64,000 nt of DNA from positions 28,520,001-28,584,000 of the forward strand of contig CM120642.1 of assembly GCA_051362555.1 (NCBI GenBank), written 5' to 3'. Numbering within the stretch: the first letter of the stretch is position 1; each line of letters starts with the position of its first letter. Positions 38,932 through 55,622 of the stretch are shown here, piece by piece. The stretch comes from Lingula anatina. Taxonomy: Eukaryota; Animalia; Brachiopoda. Both the position numbers and the translations under genes were made by a program. The notes below the pieces were generated by a model. The model was not told the origin of the DNA. It worked only from the letters and a program-made list of their open reading frames with translations, and searched no databases.

Positions 38932-39712
38932 CATGGGCGTAACTAGGCATACGCACGGATGCACTGTGCGTACAATTTTTTGGACAACCATGATATTATT
39001 TTATATAAATTTAGTGTATTTTTCACGGAATATAAAAGAAAACCCTCTGCTTATTAAAGTCACCTGTATGTACAAATCCTCTGTATCAATTGTATAGGCA
39101 CAATTGTTCTGTTGTTTATCTCAGGTAAAAATCTGCCTGAGTGTTATTTTCAAAGAGCAGCTCCCGCAACCCTGGGGACACTAGATAAAATCTGGACACC
39201 AGGTTTATTAAGGAGCTAGAGAAACAAAGGAAGAATTTTTCCTGCAAAGCTTCAAAGAATTTTGACACGGACTTGACCCAGCTTACCCCTCCAAACTAAC
39301 AGGGTAACATGGGCAATTTTTACAAACAAATAATTAAACTTAGATGTATCAGTGCTCTGTCGTGTCATACAATTGGTTGTCTTTGGGAGCCATGCATCCA
39401 CATGTAAGGTGAATGAAACCGTATGTTCAACTCAGAGGTGGATCCAGGATTATTCGAAGGGGGTTCCACATATGCGAAGCTAGCCTCCTTTTAAATAAAT
39501 ATACCGTTCTTGGTAATAAGAATATTGAAACTTTTTTAATTGCGAGAATATTTCTGACTAAATGATGATTTTATTATTAATGGAAATTAAGCTGCGATGT
39601 GTGGTACATATGCTGTAATTACGCTGTCCTTCATCTCTTGTGTTAGTCTACATTTTGCTGGGAATTTTAAAAATCTGTGCGTACAATTTTTAAAGGTCTG
39701 GTTACGCCCCTG
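38932..39712. mobile_element. hAT-like non-autonomous element
   Basis: TIRs are CATGGGCGTAACTAG / CTGGTTACGCCCCTG. CTGTGCGTACAATTTT is repeated near both ends. The 5-bp TSD is ATTAC. Confidence 0.75.
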
Positions 39713-40478
39713 ATTACCTTAAGGCACCTATTTGTGTTATAATTGCTATCCCCGACCTCAGACTGTCTGCCTTTAATCCCTTCCAGCTACTGCCAGACAG
39801 AGAACCTTGGAGCTGTGATATCAGGTACAAGTACATGTATCCTGACCTTGGCTGAGATATCAGGGATGCTAACCTTGACTAGGAGTGTGTTTTCTCAGAG
39901 AGATCATAGAAGACTGGTTGTTCCCAGTTGACTTTGATGTCTGATTACAATATGAGCTGCCCAAAGTGGTTTCCTCACAGGAAATGATAATTTTCAATTA
40001 GCTGGATGTTAATTGATTTCTAATATGTCTTGGTTGTATGAGTTAAGTTTAACTGAGGTGCCTCAGGTACTTTAATAGTACTCAGGGACAAAATGAGTTT
40101 AAGTGGAAGATGGGTGTGTTAGCATGGTCTAAAAGTTTATGTAGGAAGAAACAGGCTCTCTTCTGACTCTTCTCTGGTTGAGAATTTGTGCGGTACATAC
40201 AAAGAAAATAAAGTGTAATTCTTAATGTACTTTCTTTAAATTTGAACAGTTGACTTAACCATTTAGGGAGATGCCAGCTCCAAGTTGTCCATGTAGGTTC
40301 AGATCAGATGTATGCAATGTACTCAAGTGCCCTACTGCTGGGCTGGTGATTAGATGATTAAAACTAGGATTTATAAAATGTTTTATTCATCCAAGATTAA
40401 TGATACATATAGAAAGCTTATTAAAATCTTCGTTCCCATGTGAGTGCACCTCAAGGCCAAATTTATCAGCATGTCTAG

Positions 40479-40693
40479 GGCTGTATTCCCAGAGCTTTTA
40501 GATCGATCTATCCCCGCGGGGAGTCTCACTAGATTACTGTCAGATAATCCGGCTTAAATGTCCGTCACGCCTACTACAAGCTGTAAGGGGGTAATTAACT
40601 TTCGTGCCTGCTCGGCTGACAGCTATTTAGCGTGAACCCCCAGGGAGTTAGGTCGATCTAAAGTAGATCGATCCAATCTCTGGAAATGGGGTC
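40479..40693 (+). mobile_element. MITE family M1 copy 6
   Basis: It is highly similar to 9794-10007 and has a TAG TSD. Confidence 0.85.
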
Positions 40694-42521
40694 TAGATCT
40701 CAATCAATGAGGCCAAGGTGACAGAATGAAAACATTTGATTAATCTGATAAAGGAGTCTTCAGGTATCCAGAAATATAGAGAATCTCCTTTGAAAGCAGG
40801 AGATGAAAACGACAGGGTTATTAGATGCTTGTAATGATCTTGACTAGGATTTTCAACCCTTGGCTGTAGAGTCTGTTGAAGGAGGTACTAAATGCAAGGT
40901 GGAAGAGCATTGTTGCTGGGAGTACTCTGAATCTCAGGGAGACAGAGAAAGGTGGAATTTTCAGGTTCAGATACTAGTATACATGTGTTCTACCAAAATA
41001 TGTAAGTTGTCAAAATAGGCATACCAAAACATGTGAATCTAAAATATATAGTCTAATGATTATGAAGATAACTGCCAAATAAAATTAGTAAACTTCATTC
41101 AAATTATCCTCCAAAGGGGCTCCAAAATAATTATTTTGAAGATCAAAATATGAATATGAGAGGTATGATGAAGGCTGGTATAATTTTCAATAGTGATAAC
41201 AATTATTTCAAGTGTGGAACCATGTATCACATTGAGTGCCTTCTTTGGAGATTAATAACACCTTTGCATGTATACAGGTAATCCACCACATGTCACCCCC
41301 CCCTGCCCCCAACTAACCCCCAATAAAATGATTATAGTAAATATCTTAGCAGTGCTTTGCATGAGGAAGTTGCTTTAGTGGTAGGGTTCTAGCAGAGACC
41401 ACACATAATTTCGGTACTATAATTCTGAGTCTTGTCTGTCATGTGATTACCACAGCAACACAAAGTAAAGTAAATGTGTAACTCATGGAAATGAAATCCT
41501 TCTTATTTAAAAACATGTGGAATACACATCTCTAGGTAGGGGCAGGGAATTACATCGGATATATAATTCCCTGGTAGGGGTGACAGTTGTGCACGTTGAG
41601 TTTGACTAGTACATGTACATCATACCTATTTTCCTGTAAATAGTGGTGACAAACTTAGCTTAGTATAGACAGCTGTGGCTTTTATTCACCTGAGAATTTA
41701 CACAGTTCCATTTGAATAGTAAAGCAACATTTAGACAGCTGACTGGTTTTATTTTTACATTTGACCTAGTTGAGAAATGAGTAAAAAAATGAAATGCGTT
41801 CATGTATTACGTAAGGCAAATGAAGTTGAAAAAATATTGAAGTTATTTTGTCAACATGAGGTCAAACAGAAAGCATTAGTCATGTAATGTCTAGAAGACA
41901 TGCAGATTTTTACCTGGAGTACTGAAATATCCTCCATGAATAATAAAACTTATAGACAGGTGACAGTCTTGTTTTTCTTCACCTGACTCACCTGGACTGT
42001 TTGTCCTCCTTGCTACGCATAGAAACAACACTTCAATTATAGATAAATATATCCACAGTACTTAGTGATATTAAATTCCAGTTGAGATAAAGAGGTAATA
42101 TATTATTAATATACTAAGTTTTATTATATGTTTTAAAAATGATGAAAAGGTAAATTTTAGCTTTGAAAGGGAAAATGTGTAATGTATTTTTGTCTGTTGA
42201 TTAATTAATAATTGGACTTAAAGGATAACTTTGACAGACTTGTTAGAACTAAGTGTTAATTTTTTAAAAATTTTAATTAAATTTGTTAAATTTGAGATTA
42301 GATGGGGTATGCATACATTGATTTGGTGCATGAGAGTGGGTGGTTTGTTGTCTTAAAATGTGTCAGAAAATTTAGTTTTAAATTGTTATTAATTCTGTTT
42401 ATATGTTAAACCTTTTGACAAAAAATTTGAACTTTCTTGTCTTATCTTTGGCAGTTTCACCAAATGATTACTAGTAAAGGAAAAATATATAGCATGACTA
42501 GTATGGGACTTATTCAGCTAA

Positions 42522-42762
42522 GATTGGGGTCCCATACCTAAATTGAGCGAACAGGATGGATTCATCTCTGAGGGGTTTTTCGCTAAGTGGCCTAAATGTC
42601 TGGCATGCCTACTGAAGCTGCTAAACGATAATTAATTACCCTCTCACAGCTTCAGTAGGCGTGGCAGACATTTAAGCTGCTTAAGTTGATTGCAATTTAG
42701 CAAGAATCTCCTCAGAAATAGATCGATCCACAGTTGGTACGATAGGGTCTGGGAATGGTCCT
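42522..42762. mobile_element. MITE family M1 copy 7
   Basis: It is similar to 23610-23850 and has a TAA TSD. Confidence 0.8.
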
Positions 42763-43779
42763 TAAAGTACATTTCACAAATTTTCAAGGGCTCTTACCTC
42801 ATTTTTATTTCAGTATTTTTCCCGAGCAACTAGAGCAAATTGTTATAATATCTTGACAGTAATTTTTACCTTCTGTGGGGACAATAACCAGTTTAGGCTG
42901 TCTTTCAACTACATTTAATTTAGCCCTATCCTTTGTCAAACACAACTAGACCAATATCTTTAAGTCACGATTACCCTGTAGGCTATCCAAGTTATCGCTC
43001 TAAATATACCCAGAAAACTATGTGTGTGACAACCTGTTAAAAGGGGCTGGTGACACTGGTGACAGGTTGACAATATTTTCAAGACAGGCCTCAGATACTC
43101 TAAAAGATCTAATCACTATGTCTGCTGACAGTTTAAGATGCATCTCAATTTTAATGTCGAGTATATAATATTTATTTTCCAGTTTGTAGGTAATCTGGCA
43201 AGTCGAGGTTGTGAAAGTCAAAGCTGCAGACAAACAGGACTAGTAAGTATAGTAGGATTGCATGTGTACCCGTTTGTCCTAGATATCATTATATTGAATG
43301 TATATTGTACTTTTTTCATATCAGTAATTAGTCAGAGTGCACACAGTATGAAAAAGATTTTTAAATCTTTTAAGATTGTAATCAGTTAAAGGTAAAGATG
43401 ATTTTGATGGAATTCCTTACCATTAGTATAGATACTTGCTTAAAAAAGGAAAATAAGAGGCAAAAAAGATGCTTAGAAACTAGATTTCAGTTAAGTACTA
43501 GTGCTATATTTTGAGGCAAGACATCACAAGTCAATTGCTTTTAATTAGATGATCCAGAGTGACGTATGAAAAAAAGTGAAGGCATTTCTGAAATCTGGTT
43601 GACCTTACTTGGTTCATACTATTTTAGCAGGCCACAGGAAGCTGGAACTAGCTGTTGTCTCTCTCACTGCCATGGTGCTAGAGGTAAGGTGCATGCCATC
43701 AGATTAGTACTAGTAGCTTTCTGTAGATTCTATTTCTGCTTGCCTCTATGGGGAGTGTTCAGATAAATCCATCGAACTA

Positions 43780-43913
43780 GGTGGATCAATCCAACTCTGT
43801 GGGAGATTCTCCCTTAGTGCAGTCACTGTAATCGACTTTAATGTCTGACACGCCTCCTCGAGTTGCTTAGGGGTAATTAAATAATTAACTAGCTGCTCAA
43901 GGAGGCGTGTAGA
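43780..43913. mobile_element. MITE family M1, degenerate partial copy 8
   Basis: It retains the central hairpin ACACGCCTCCT..GGGGTAATTAA..AGGAGGCGTGT. Confidence 0.5.
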
Positions 43914-43961
43914 AATTTTTTTCACGAATTTCTGATGCATTATGTTCCTACATGTAAGTTA

Positions 43962-44126
43962 CAGGCCAAGAGACAGATATTTGAAAGGGGGGGGGGGGGT
44001 CTTTTTCTGAAAATATGGACCTTTTAACATGAGATGTTCATATACCTATTCTAGTAGATCAGTTTTTACCCTGAGCTGACAATTCCAACCCCCTTACCCC
44101 CGAATCCCCCCCTGGGTATGGGCCTG
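43962..44126. mobile_element. hAT-like MITE
   Basis: Termini are CAGGCC / GGCCTG, with a G-run at the left and C-runs at the right. The 5-bp TSD is AGTTA. Confidence 0.65.
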
Positions 44127-47100
44127 AGTTATGTAGCTCTGCTTCTACTTGAATGGAAACACAGTCCAAATTGTGTGTCTTGGTGTTAAACCAGTAACAC
44201 AAAGCTTAACAGGAAATACATCTGAGATTATCACTGTTTATAATCTACCATGATAACTAGGCCTGTTATTAAATTGTAATTTCCACTGGACCACAAAGAT
44301 TTTGACACTTTGCAACTGGTCAGAAAGTTTTGTGCTGTTTGCAAACTTTGGTTCTGTCTGCAAAAGGTAAGTGAAGGGTAACAAAGCTTGAACACAAAGA
44401 GAATCATTCAACACATTTACCATCATATTCAGGCTGCTGCATATTTTTATGGAATTTTGAAGGGTTGAATAACAGCTATAATCTACATGTACTTATTGCG
44501 CATGCAGGTAGGTAAGGATTTTACTGCAGTTTGATTATTTTATTACCACTTGATTACATAAGTCTTTCACTATTCCTTGTGAAAAATGCCTTGTTTTGAC
44601 ATTGACTGCTTTTACCCAGCTTGTTGAAGCTGGTTGAATTTATTAAATTTTTATCATGAATCTAAACCATAGGCTATTTGCCTTTGAATCATTCTCATGT
44701 TGATCAACCATTTTTTTAAAGAATTGTTATATAATCTTTTGCAACGATATCTTACAAACCATTAGGAATTGGAATTTAGACAGGGAAAGACTTTGGATTA
44801 TTCTCAAATATGTTTCAAATTGTAAGTGTACAAAAGATAAATATAGCTACGCACAGGTTAATAGACTTGATAGATGTTAGCCATGACCTGGTGGCTAGCT
44901 TAAAGGGATAACAACTGTTCATTTTGGACAAAAAATGGATTAAACAACAATTTTCCTGTACTTACTTACCAATAGCTAATTAATCCATTCCTACATTTAA
45001 AGCGGGTCCCTATTTTCTTCTAAAATTTGGTTTTTGTGATAATCTTAAGGGATTATTCCAGAGGGTAGCCATCTATGGAGGTTGCTTGGTTGGATGGCAA
45101 GCAAAGATTCCAGAATAGTTGAAATAACTGCCGTTTTGGTGGTAAAATGTTATTTATTATATTTCTGTGAGTTGTGTTTATTGTGAAATATGGATTTCAT
45201 ACGAACAGTTATTATCCCTCTCACCCTGGACCACAGAGCTCTCTGTATTCTAGTCTGTAATTAAGTGATGCTCAGGTGGAACACCACTCTTTGTAATCCT
45301 CTGATTGCCCACCTAGGTGTTGAATGGTGCATGTCCTTGTCCATGTTATGTTATGTATTAAAAGCTATAAAGATAAGGTCAGGCATGGAGTCCAACCCAC
45401 TCCAAGTACCCAGCCGTTTCATTGCACCCAACCCAAAATAAAAAAAAATCAATTTATCGAATAAAACATAAGAAATAAAAAGGTAATAGTAAAAAAATTC
45501 TCACTACCTTCGGACAAGAATTAGATAGCCATGGGGTGCCTTGTCAGAAATATAAGCCACATGCGGTGAGCTGAGGGGTAGAGCCCATGAGCTCCTTGAT
45601 CAGTCATTTAAAATGGTTTGTGTACCTCATTTATCATTCATGATACCAGTATTTTAAATTGGTTTTCGTCTTTCCATGTAGTGATACGGGTCATCTGGAT
45701 CACATTGCAGATGTCTTCCTCAGTTGACCTTGTCTTGTAGGGCCATTTTTCTGATGACAAAATACTGGTAGTTGAATTTCTTAGAAAATAGAACCATGAT
45801 ATATCTTTGAAAACAAGAGCCAAATGTCAGTCATACTTTCCTATATTAACATGATTTATTAATAAAGACATAACCCTTATTAGTACATACCAACCTGAGG
45901 ATTTTTCCCAGGTAAACTTTTCTGGAAAGCTGAATAAATAATCAATATTATAAATTAGAAATTAGAAATAAATTGTCTATGGGAATGTGGCCTGAAATTA
46001 ATGTGAACTGTGCAAATTACATCAGATATTATCACTTACCTATTATACCTACACTTACCTTACCTTATATTATTCTTAGTTTGTTTGAAGCAAATATAAA
46101 CAATATAATTAACATAGTTACACTGTTGGTTATTTAAGACTCCCTGTAGCAGGTAATTAAGAGTGTCTGTGATGACATACCGCTATCACTGGGCAGCCCT
46201 GACCTGTCCTGCCCACGCGCTGAGGTAACTCTCAGCTTAACTCGCCTTTCCAGTCTAGTTGTTTAAAAATGGGAACTAAAATTAGAGCAGAGATTATATA
46301 CTGGTACAGGACACAATATATAAATATAGTAGTAAGGGATATGTTTCAATTATAATGCGATGTAGTTAGGATATACTGCATTAGGAAATATGTTGAAGAA
46401 AAAACATCTAAACATAAAAAATGGAGCAAGTTAGAAAAAGTGAAACAAAAAAGGTTAATAATAATGCATAGAAATCGAGCCTTATTTAAACTGCACAGCA
46501 AACAATATAATAAGGATGCAGTATATAGCTTAGTATTACATGTAAGCAGCTGGCGGTAGAAGTTCCATGTTTAATGAGGGCGCTGTTTATCTTGGGCCCA
46601 GATTAGCAGTGTGTGAGGGTGCATGTCGCAGTGGAGCAGAGACGGCAGCAGGTAAATATTGGTTCAGTTGCAGAAGACGGAGGACTGTATCAAAACATAA
46701 TGTGAAGCAGATGAAGGTAGATGTTGTGAATTTGTAGATATGGGTTGTTTGTGTGCAAATGCAAGTTTGCATTTTTTATTTGTCAAATTGTTGTTGCTGT
46801 GTTTATGTGCTTGTGTGTATGGAGATGAAGTTTGAGAAAAAAGTGCATAACATCTAAAAGCAATCAGTCAAGATAAAATGCAGGAGACTTGGTCTGTGCA
46901 TTCGTTAAACTCAGTGCATTTAATTTCAGCTTATAAGTAAGTGTTGAACGTCAGGTATTTAAGCCGGTCACAACGGTTTGGTTTTGACTGTGTAATAAAG
47001 TTAAATGGAGCACAGTGTTTTCCACCAAAATTGGCTAAGATTCCAGAAAAAATATAATGGCTTTCAGAATGTTGTACATCGTGTAGTCTACAGACCAATG

Positions 47101-49062
47101 TATGACAAAATGTGTAATAAATCTTCAGCATATATGCACCACATAGATAAGGCAGCTTAGATCAGTATCAAAATTTTCACCATCCAGGCAAGAAATTGCT
47201 GTGTTAATCCTAGCAGCCATAGACCAGGTAATCAAGGCACAGGTGCTCTGATGGGTATTACATGGTATTGCATATTTCATGTAAGTGGAGATTGTTCACT
47301 GTGGGTTTTATTGTGTTGATAAAGTTTGAAAGTACGTATATAATTTACAATACACAACCAAGGATTTTCATGCAGAGAAGTTAGATTAATGTTTACATTT
47401 TGATAGGGATCTTTTCAGAATGTTTTCATAATGATAAAAATCCAGTAACTGTAAACAAATGAACTTACTTTGCTGCTGCTCATAAAATTACAATTAATGA
47501 CTTACCCAGCAATTCCGTAAACAGAGGCGTTAAATACACACCAACTGATAATATTATGTATACTTCATGAAGCAAAACAGTTGCTGCATAATAATTATCA
47601 GATTTCATGAAATACAAACACTTAAATTAATATTTTGACCACTTTTATTATAAACAGGATAATTTTGTTGGCACATACACAATTTACCCCTTTTAACCTT
47701 TGTAAATAGCTGCTCTGTATAAACAGTCAGGATCCCCCCCCCCCCCCCCCCGAAGTTAAGTGTTTGTTAACAGTTAAAAAATGAAAGAATTTCTGAGTCA
47801 GTCTTGGTAAAAAAGTCTTAAGGTGTTCCAAGTTGTACTATGTGTTTTTTTGTATATGAAGAAGAGGTGTTTTTCTGTAATGGTAGAAAAATAATGCATA
47901 AAGAAATTTGAATCAGTCTTGGAAAAAAGTTTTGGGGTGTTTTTTTTTTTTTTAATGAAGATGAGATAATAAAAAATCTTAATAAGAAAAGATGAATACC
48001 ATTAACAATATAAAAGATTATTTCTGCTGTATGTTAAAGCCTAGATTACATTTGAAATATGATGCCCGTACAGTGCACCATTTTTTGTAGAATTTTTATA
48101 TGATCTTTTGCAACAATATCTTACAAACCGGATTTAAAGCCATGTAATTGTAGGCAAGTTTACCAAGTAGAAAAAATACAGATCAAAACAGTCTAATCAA
48201 TTCATCTACATGGACGAATGACTCTGTATCCAGGATAATTTGGAGTGGTTTGATAACCTAGTATATAAAGCCTTTAGGTTATTGTGATACTTCAGTCACT
48301 TATAACTTTGAACTATATTTTGGATAAAATGCAACGTTAATTGTTCAAAAGTCACTGGTTTTATTAAGTACTGAGGACCAGACTTCTGTGATCTCATTTC
48401 AAAAAACTCATGGGCATTTTATAATTAAATGATGATGGAATCCTGTTGCCACTGTACCTGGAAAATTCATATTTCAAGGTATACAGTCTACATGTGAAAA
48501 TGCCCCAGTTCGAGTCATATTATTCATATACTGCAAAGCTACTTGTACTTTTTTTAGACCTTTAAAATGAAGAAGTAATGTACAGGAAGACACGACAAGT
48601 CAATTATTTGGAATAAAGGAATAAATTAGAAATGGTGTTAAAATTGATTCCAAGTTTAGGGAAAGGTCAAGCAAATAAATAGGAGAAAATTGATTATATT
48701 GTAAGAAAAATTTCAATTTGTCAGTGATTGCAAAAATCCCTAATAGGATATATACAACTGAAGAGTCACTGAGGAGCATGATAACTGAAAAAATTAATGG
48801 GAAAATGAAATCGATAGCATTTGCTTTAATGTAATCTTGATTAATACCAAAAGTAATACAGCAACAGTATGGTTGCTAGGTAATAGCATTAATGTAACTG
48901 TTTCTTTTTTTCCAGTTGTTTAAGTATGGCTCAACCAAAAGACAGATAAGTGAAGAACAGATCAAATTGTGAATATAAGGTAAGTTCTGAGTTTGACGTA
49001 AGATAAATGCAGATTTATGAAAGTATAAACCAACGTTAATTGCAATTGAAATTATTTATTCA

Positions 49063-49233
49063 CAGGGGCAGATCCAAAAGTAAGATATTTTCTGACAGTC
49101 TTTCAAATGATCTTTTTGATCCATCCTCCATTTTGATCCTCTTCTGACAGAAAAATTAGACATCTGTCAATGTACACTTAAAATTTTGACCACCTTCTGG
49201 AAGACACAAGGGGACAGCCTTCATCCGCCTATG
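49063..49233. mobile_element. hAT-like MITE (CAGGGGCGGATCC type)
   Basis: Termini are CAGGGGCAGATCC / CATCCGCCTATG, with a 5-bp TSD ATTCA. Confidence 0.7.
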
Positions 49234-50648
49234 ATTCACAATCTCCATCACTTAGGCTGACCTACCTATGCTTAGTTTTTGTGCATGTCATTGTGGTATA
49301 GTGCCATCACTTAAAAGTTACACAAGCACAATAACACCAGCCTCTGTGAGTTATATATAGCTAGGTGCATTTCTACTCAAGTTGTGACAGTTATAACTTA
49401 CAACTAACTATCGCAACTGATCTTGCGATTATGAGTTTTTAATCATGTACTGTATGATACTCAGCAGGGGTTGGGGGTGGGTTACTCTCTACAACAGACT
49501 GCCTGGGTGGTGACGTCTCTTTGTGCAGAACATTATTCTTACTGGTAACACATGCCAGTTAATAGCATTTTTTTGTTGTGAATGACTGTTTATTGACAAT
49601 GAAATGCGACAAAACAAAAAAGGAAGTGTTTGATTTTGAACATAACTGTTTGTTAAACTTTAAATTCAAAGTAACAGCAAAAAAATTTCCAGTGAGATAT
49701 CAGTTCATCTTGGAATGCCATCATGAGACATCTAGTGGTTGAAATCTATTATCAAATGTTGGTGCATTTTGTTTTTTGATAGAATTTGCACCAAATTTAA
49801 TTTCTGTACTACGGGAATCCCTTAATTAACCTTCAGAAATAACAGGCTACTAATAATTATGAGTCTATTTTTGTCTGTTACAGTACAGTTAGCAAGAGAG
49901 GTTTTAAATATTAATTTATTGTCATGATTGTAATCAGAGGGAATGTGAGTGCCTGGTGTAGTAATGTTATAGTGACTATCTCTGTATACTAAAGTACAGA
50001 CCTTACATTTCATTACAGGATCAGAGTTCAGCTATTGAATATTAAGAGAGATATCCTTAAATATCTAGAGAAAATCCTCTCTTCTCTTGGAAGAGGGTAG
50101 AGCTGGGTAAGGAATCCTTATCAAAAAGTGTGGCTAAAACAAGATGTACCAAATTAAAACGCCACAAATGGACCGTAACTACAACTGTTAAAAGTGTGAA
50201 AAACAACCCCACCCTATCTTCCAGGTCAGGCTTAAGTTGCCTTATCTGTCTGTGAAGTTGACAGTGTGGGACTGTCGCTTTCTTTGCCGCTCTGCCCTTG
50301 GAGCACTGATCCCACAGATTAAGATAAACTGTCAGGTTTTGCTCTGTCAGATCGATATTAGTTGAGCTTTGCACAACAGTTAAGGATACTGACCTTTTGC
50401 AGATCTGTACTGTCTAGTGTAATTTGGCACAAATTTCAATTGATTGTCCACAGCATTATGTTTTATCAGCATATAATTTTTTGAACAGTGACTAACATAT
50501 TAACAAACTTTCTTTTAAGACAACATTACATACTCATGTCTTTTCAGGCATTACTGACCCTAAAATGTATAGATGTATCTTACACATATAGCAGTTTTCC
50601 TTAAGATTTTATTAAAATTTAAAGTTACCAGTGGTATGCTACCAACAA

Positions 50649-53799
<3,151 letters not shown>

Positions 53800-55370
53800 G
53801 TTTACGTTTTACCTGGTGACCTTGACTCGGTAACATTCACCTGGGTAAGGTGCACCTGTGATAAGAGATGGAGTTCGTACCCCACTTAAGTTAGACATTG
53901 GTTACACAAGTTTTGACATACAAGAGTCTATTAAAGAACATTAACTAACTGTTAATCACTGGAGGGTTTTGCATTAATGTTTTCAGTCCCTTTATGTTTA
54001 TGCAGCTTAGAAATCTGATATATGTGAGCACTTGTTTGGAATGACAGGTGAACCCAGCAAAGAAAAGCAGTAATCAGCATAACTTATACCTCATTCACCC
54101 CCCTCCCCCCCACCACCACCACCTCCACCACCAGAAAAAAATTGTTGAATTTTTCATTTTTTTTTTTTTTAATTTTACCTACATGTTAATTTCATTTTTA
54201 TATGAAGACGAGATATTCCGGGTATGGCCCACTTGAAAACAGAGATGTAATAATATCTCTAACAAATTAAGTTGTTGGGGTGTTTTGCATGACCCTCAAA
54301 ACTCAATATTCTATAGTGGGACCGATAGTTTCATCGTGTCTGCAGTTCTGCACGATGTGAATATGTGGATATTCTGAATGTATTTGTGGCTCATTGAAAG
54401 TGGAACCTGGAATCACGTTGCCTGATAACATCAGGTACTGTTTCTGTTTGAATATCTCTACCAGCATTGTAGCTGCACTTTACTGCTAATTCTAGATAAA
54501 CAAAGCATGAAAAATTGATAACAGTCTGTTAGAACAATGATATTTTGATATTTTGTTGTCAAAAAATTGAAAGATTGAATATTTGTCGCACAACCATGCA
54601 TGCATGCATGCACAAACACCTCTGTTATAAGGAATAAAACTCACATGTACACATACTGTAAGTGAAGGCATGTGTAATACCAAGGTCTTAATTATGACAG
54701 GGCAATTAGGGATATAAGAATATCAATAAGATATGAAGTAAGAATCACAGTGAAGTATGTAATGGCATTCTAGAGGTGACTGACATGATTAAGAAGTGTT
54801 TACATTAAGATTAAGGGCCTTATTTATTTATGTGTTGTCTGTTAGATGTCTGAACATTTGGTTTGCAAGCTTAAGGTACATGTATGTTGATTTCATTGGA
54901 GGACTTTGTGTTTACCTGTGGTGCAGCCTAGCTGGGCTATACTAGTAGGTGGTAGATTTAATATGCTATGACTTCGAACATTTTGCAAACTGCAAAGGGC
55001 ATTTCTGCTATAGATTCTGTAAGATCTGTACTTAAATTTCTTTTTCCTCTTTTTTTCAACATGCAGCATGGACAGATAGGCAAAACAGAACTGTGCAAGC
55101 CTAAAATACCATCTAATGTTTTATATGTTCATGTTTCCAGGATCTTTTAAAGTATTAGTTATCATGGAAAGCTGATGTTGTCAGACATATTAAACATTTG
55201 CAAGGAACTGTGTTATTTGTAATAACCTTTTTTTTAAATGATTGTCTGTATTTCAGATAGAACCCTGAAGATTATTTAAAACAAAGGAAACCGACTCATC
55301 CACAGCATTGAAGATAATTCATTTCCATGAGAGAGGAGTATTCATTATCTTAACATTCTTTTATGACCAA

Positions 55371-55622
55371 TCACCAGATGGCAGCAGAGAACAATGTGTT
55401 TTCCCTGTAGATGGCAGCATGGTTGTTATTGCAGCTATAATCCCCAAATGGCATCATAAGTCGCAGGGAATTGGGCATCAAGATAACAGCTCAGTGAATA
55501 ATATATTTACTCCTTAGATGGCAGCAGTGTGAACAGCATTTACTCACCAGATGGCAACACGTACCTTCCTACATTTACACCATAGATGGCACCATATGGA
55601 ATTCTGTCACTAGATGGCAGGG
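55371..55622 (+). promoter_or_regulatory. Periodic array of CTCF-like (C/T)AGATGGCA motifs, each also providing an upstream ATG
   Basis: ATG or ATA cores lie at 55378, 55411, 55448, 55483, 55518, 55551, 55586 and 55614. Confidence 0.55.

Noticed and set aside
55371-55622. CRISPR array (repeat-spacer appearance)
   Set aside because: The context is eukaryotic, the core is only ~8-15 bp and imperfect, and there are no cas genes.
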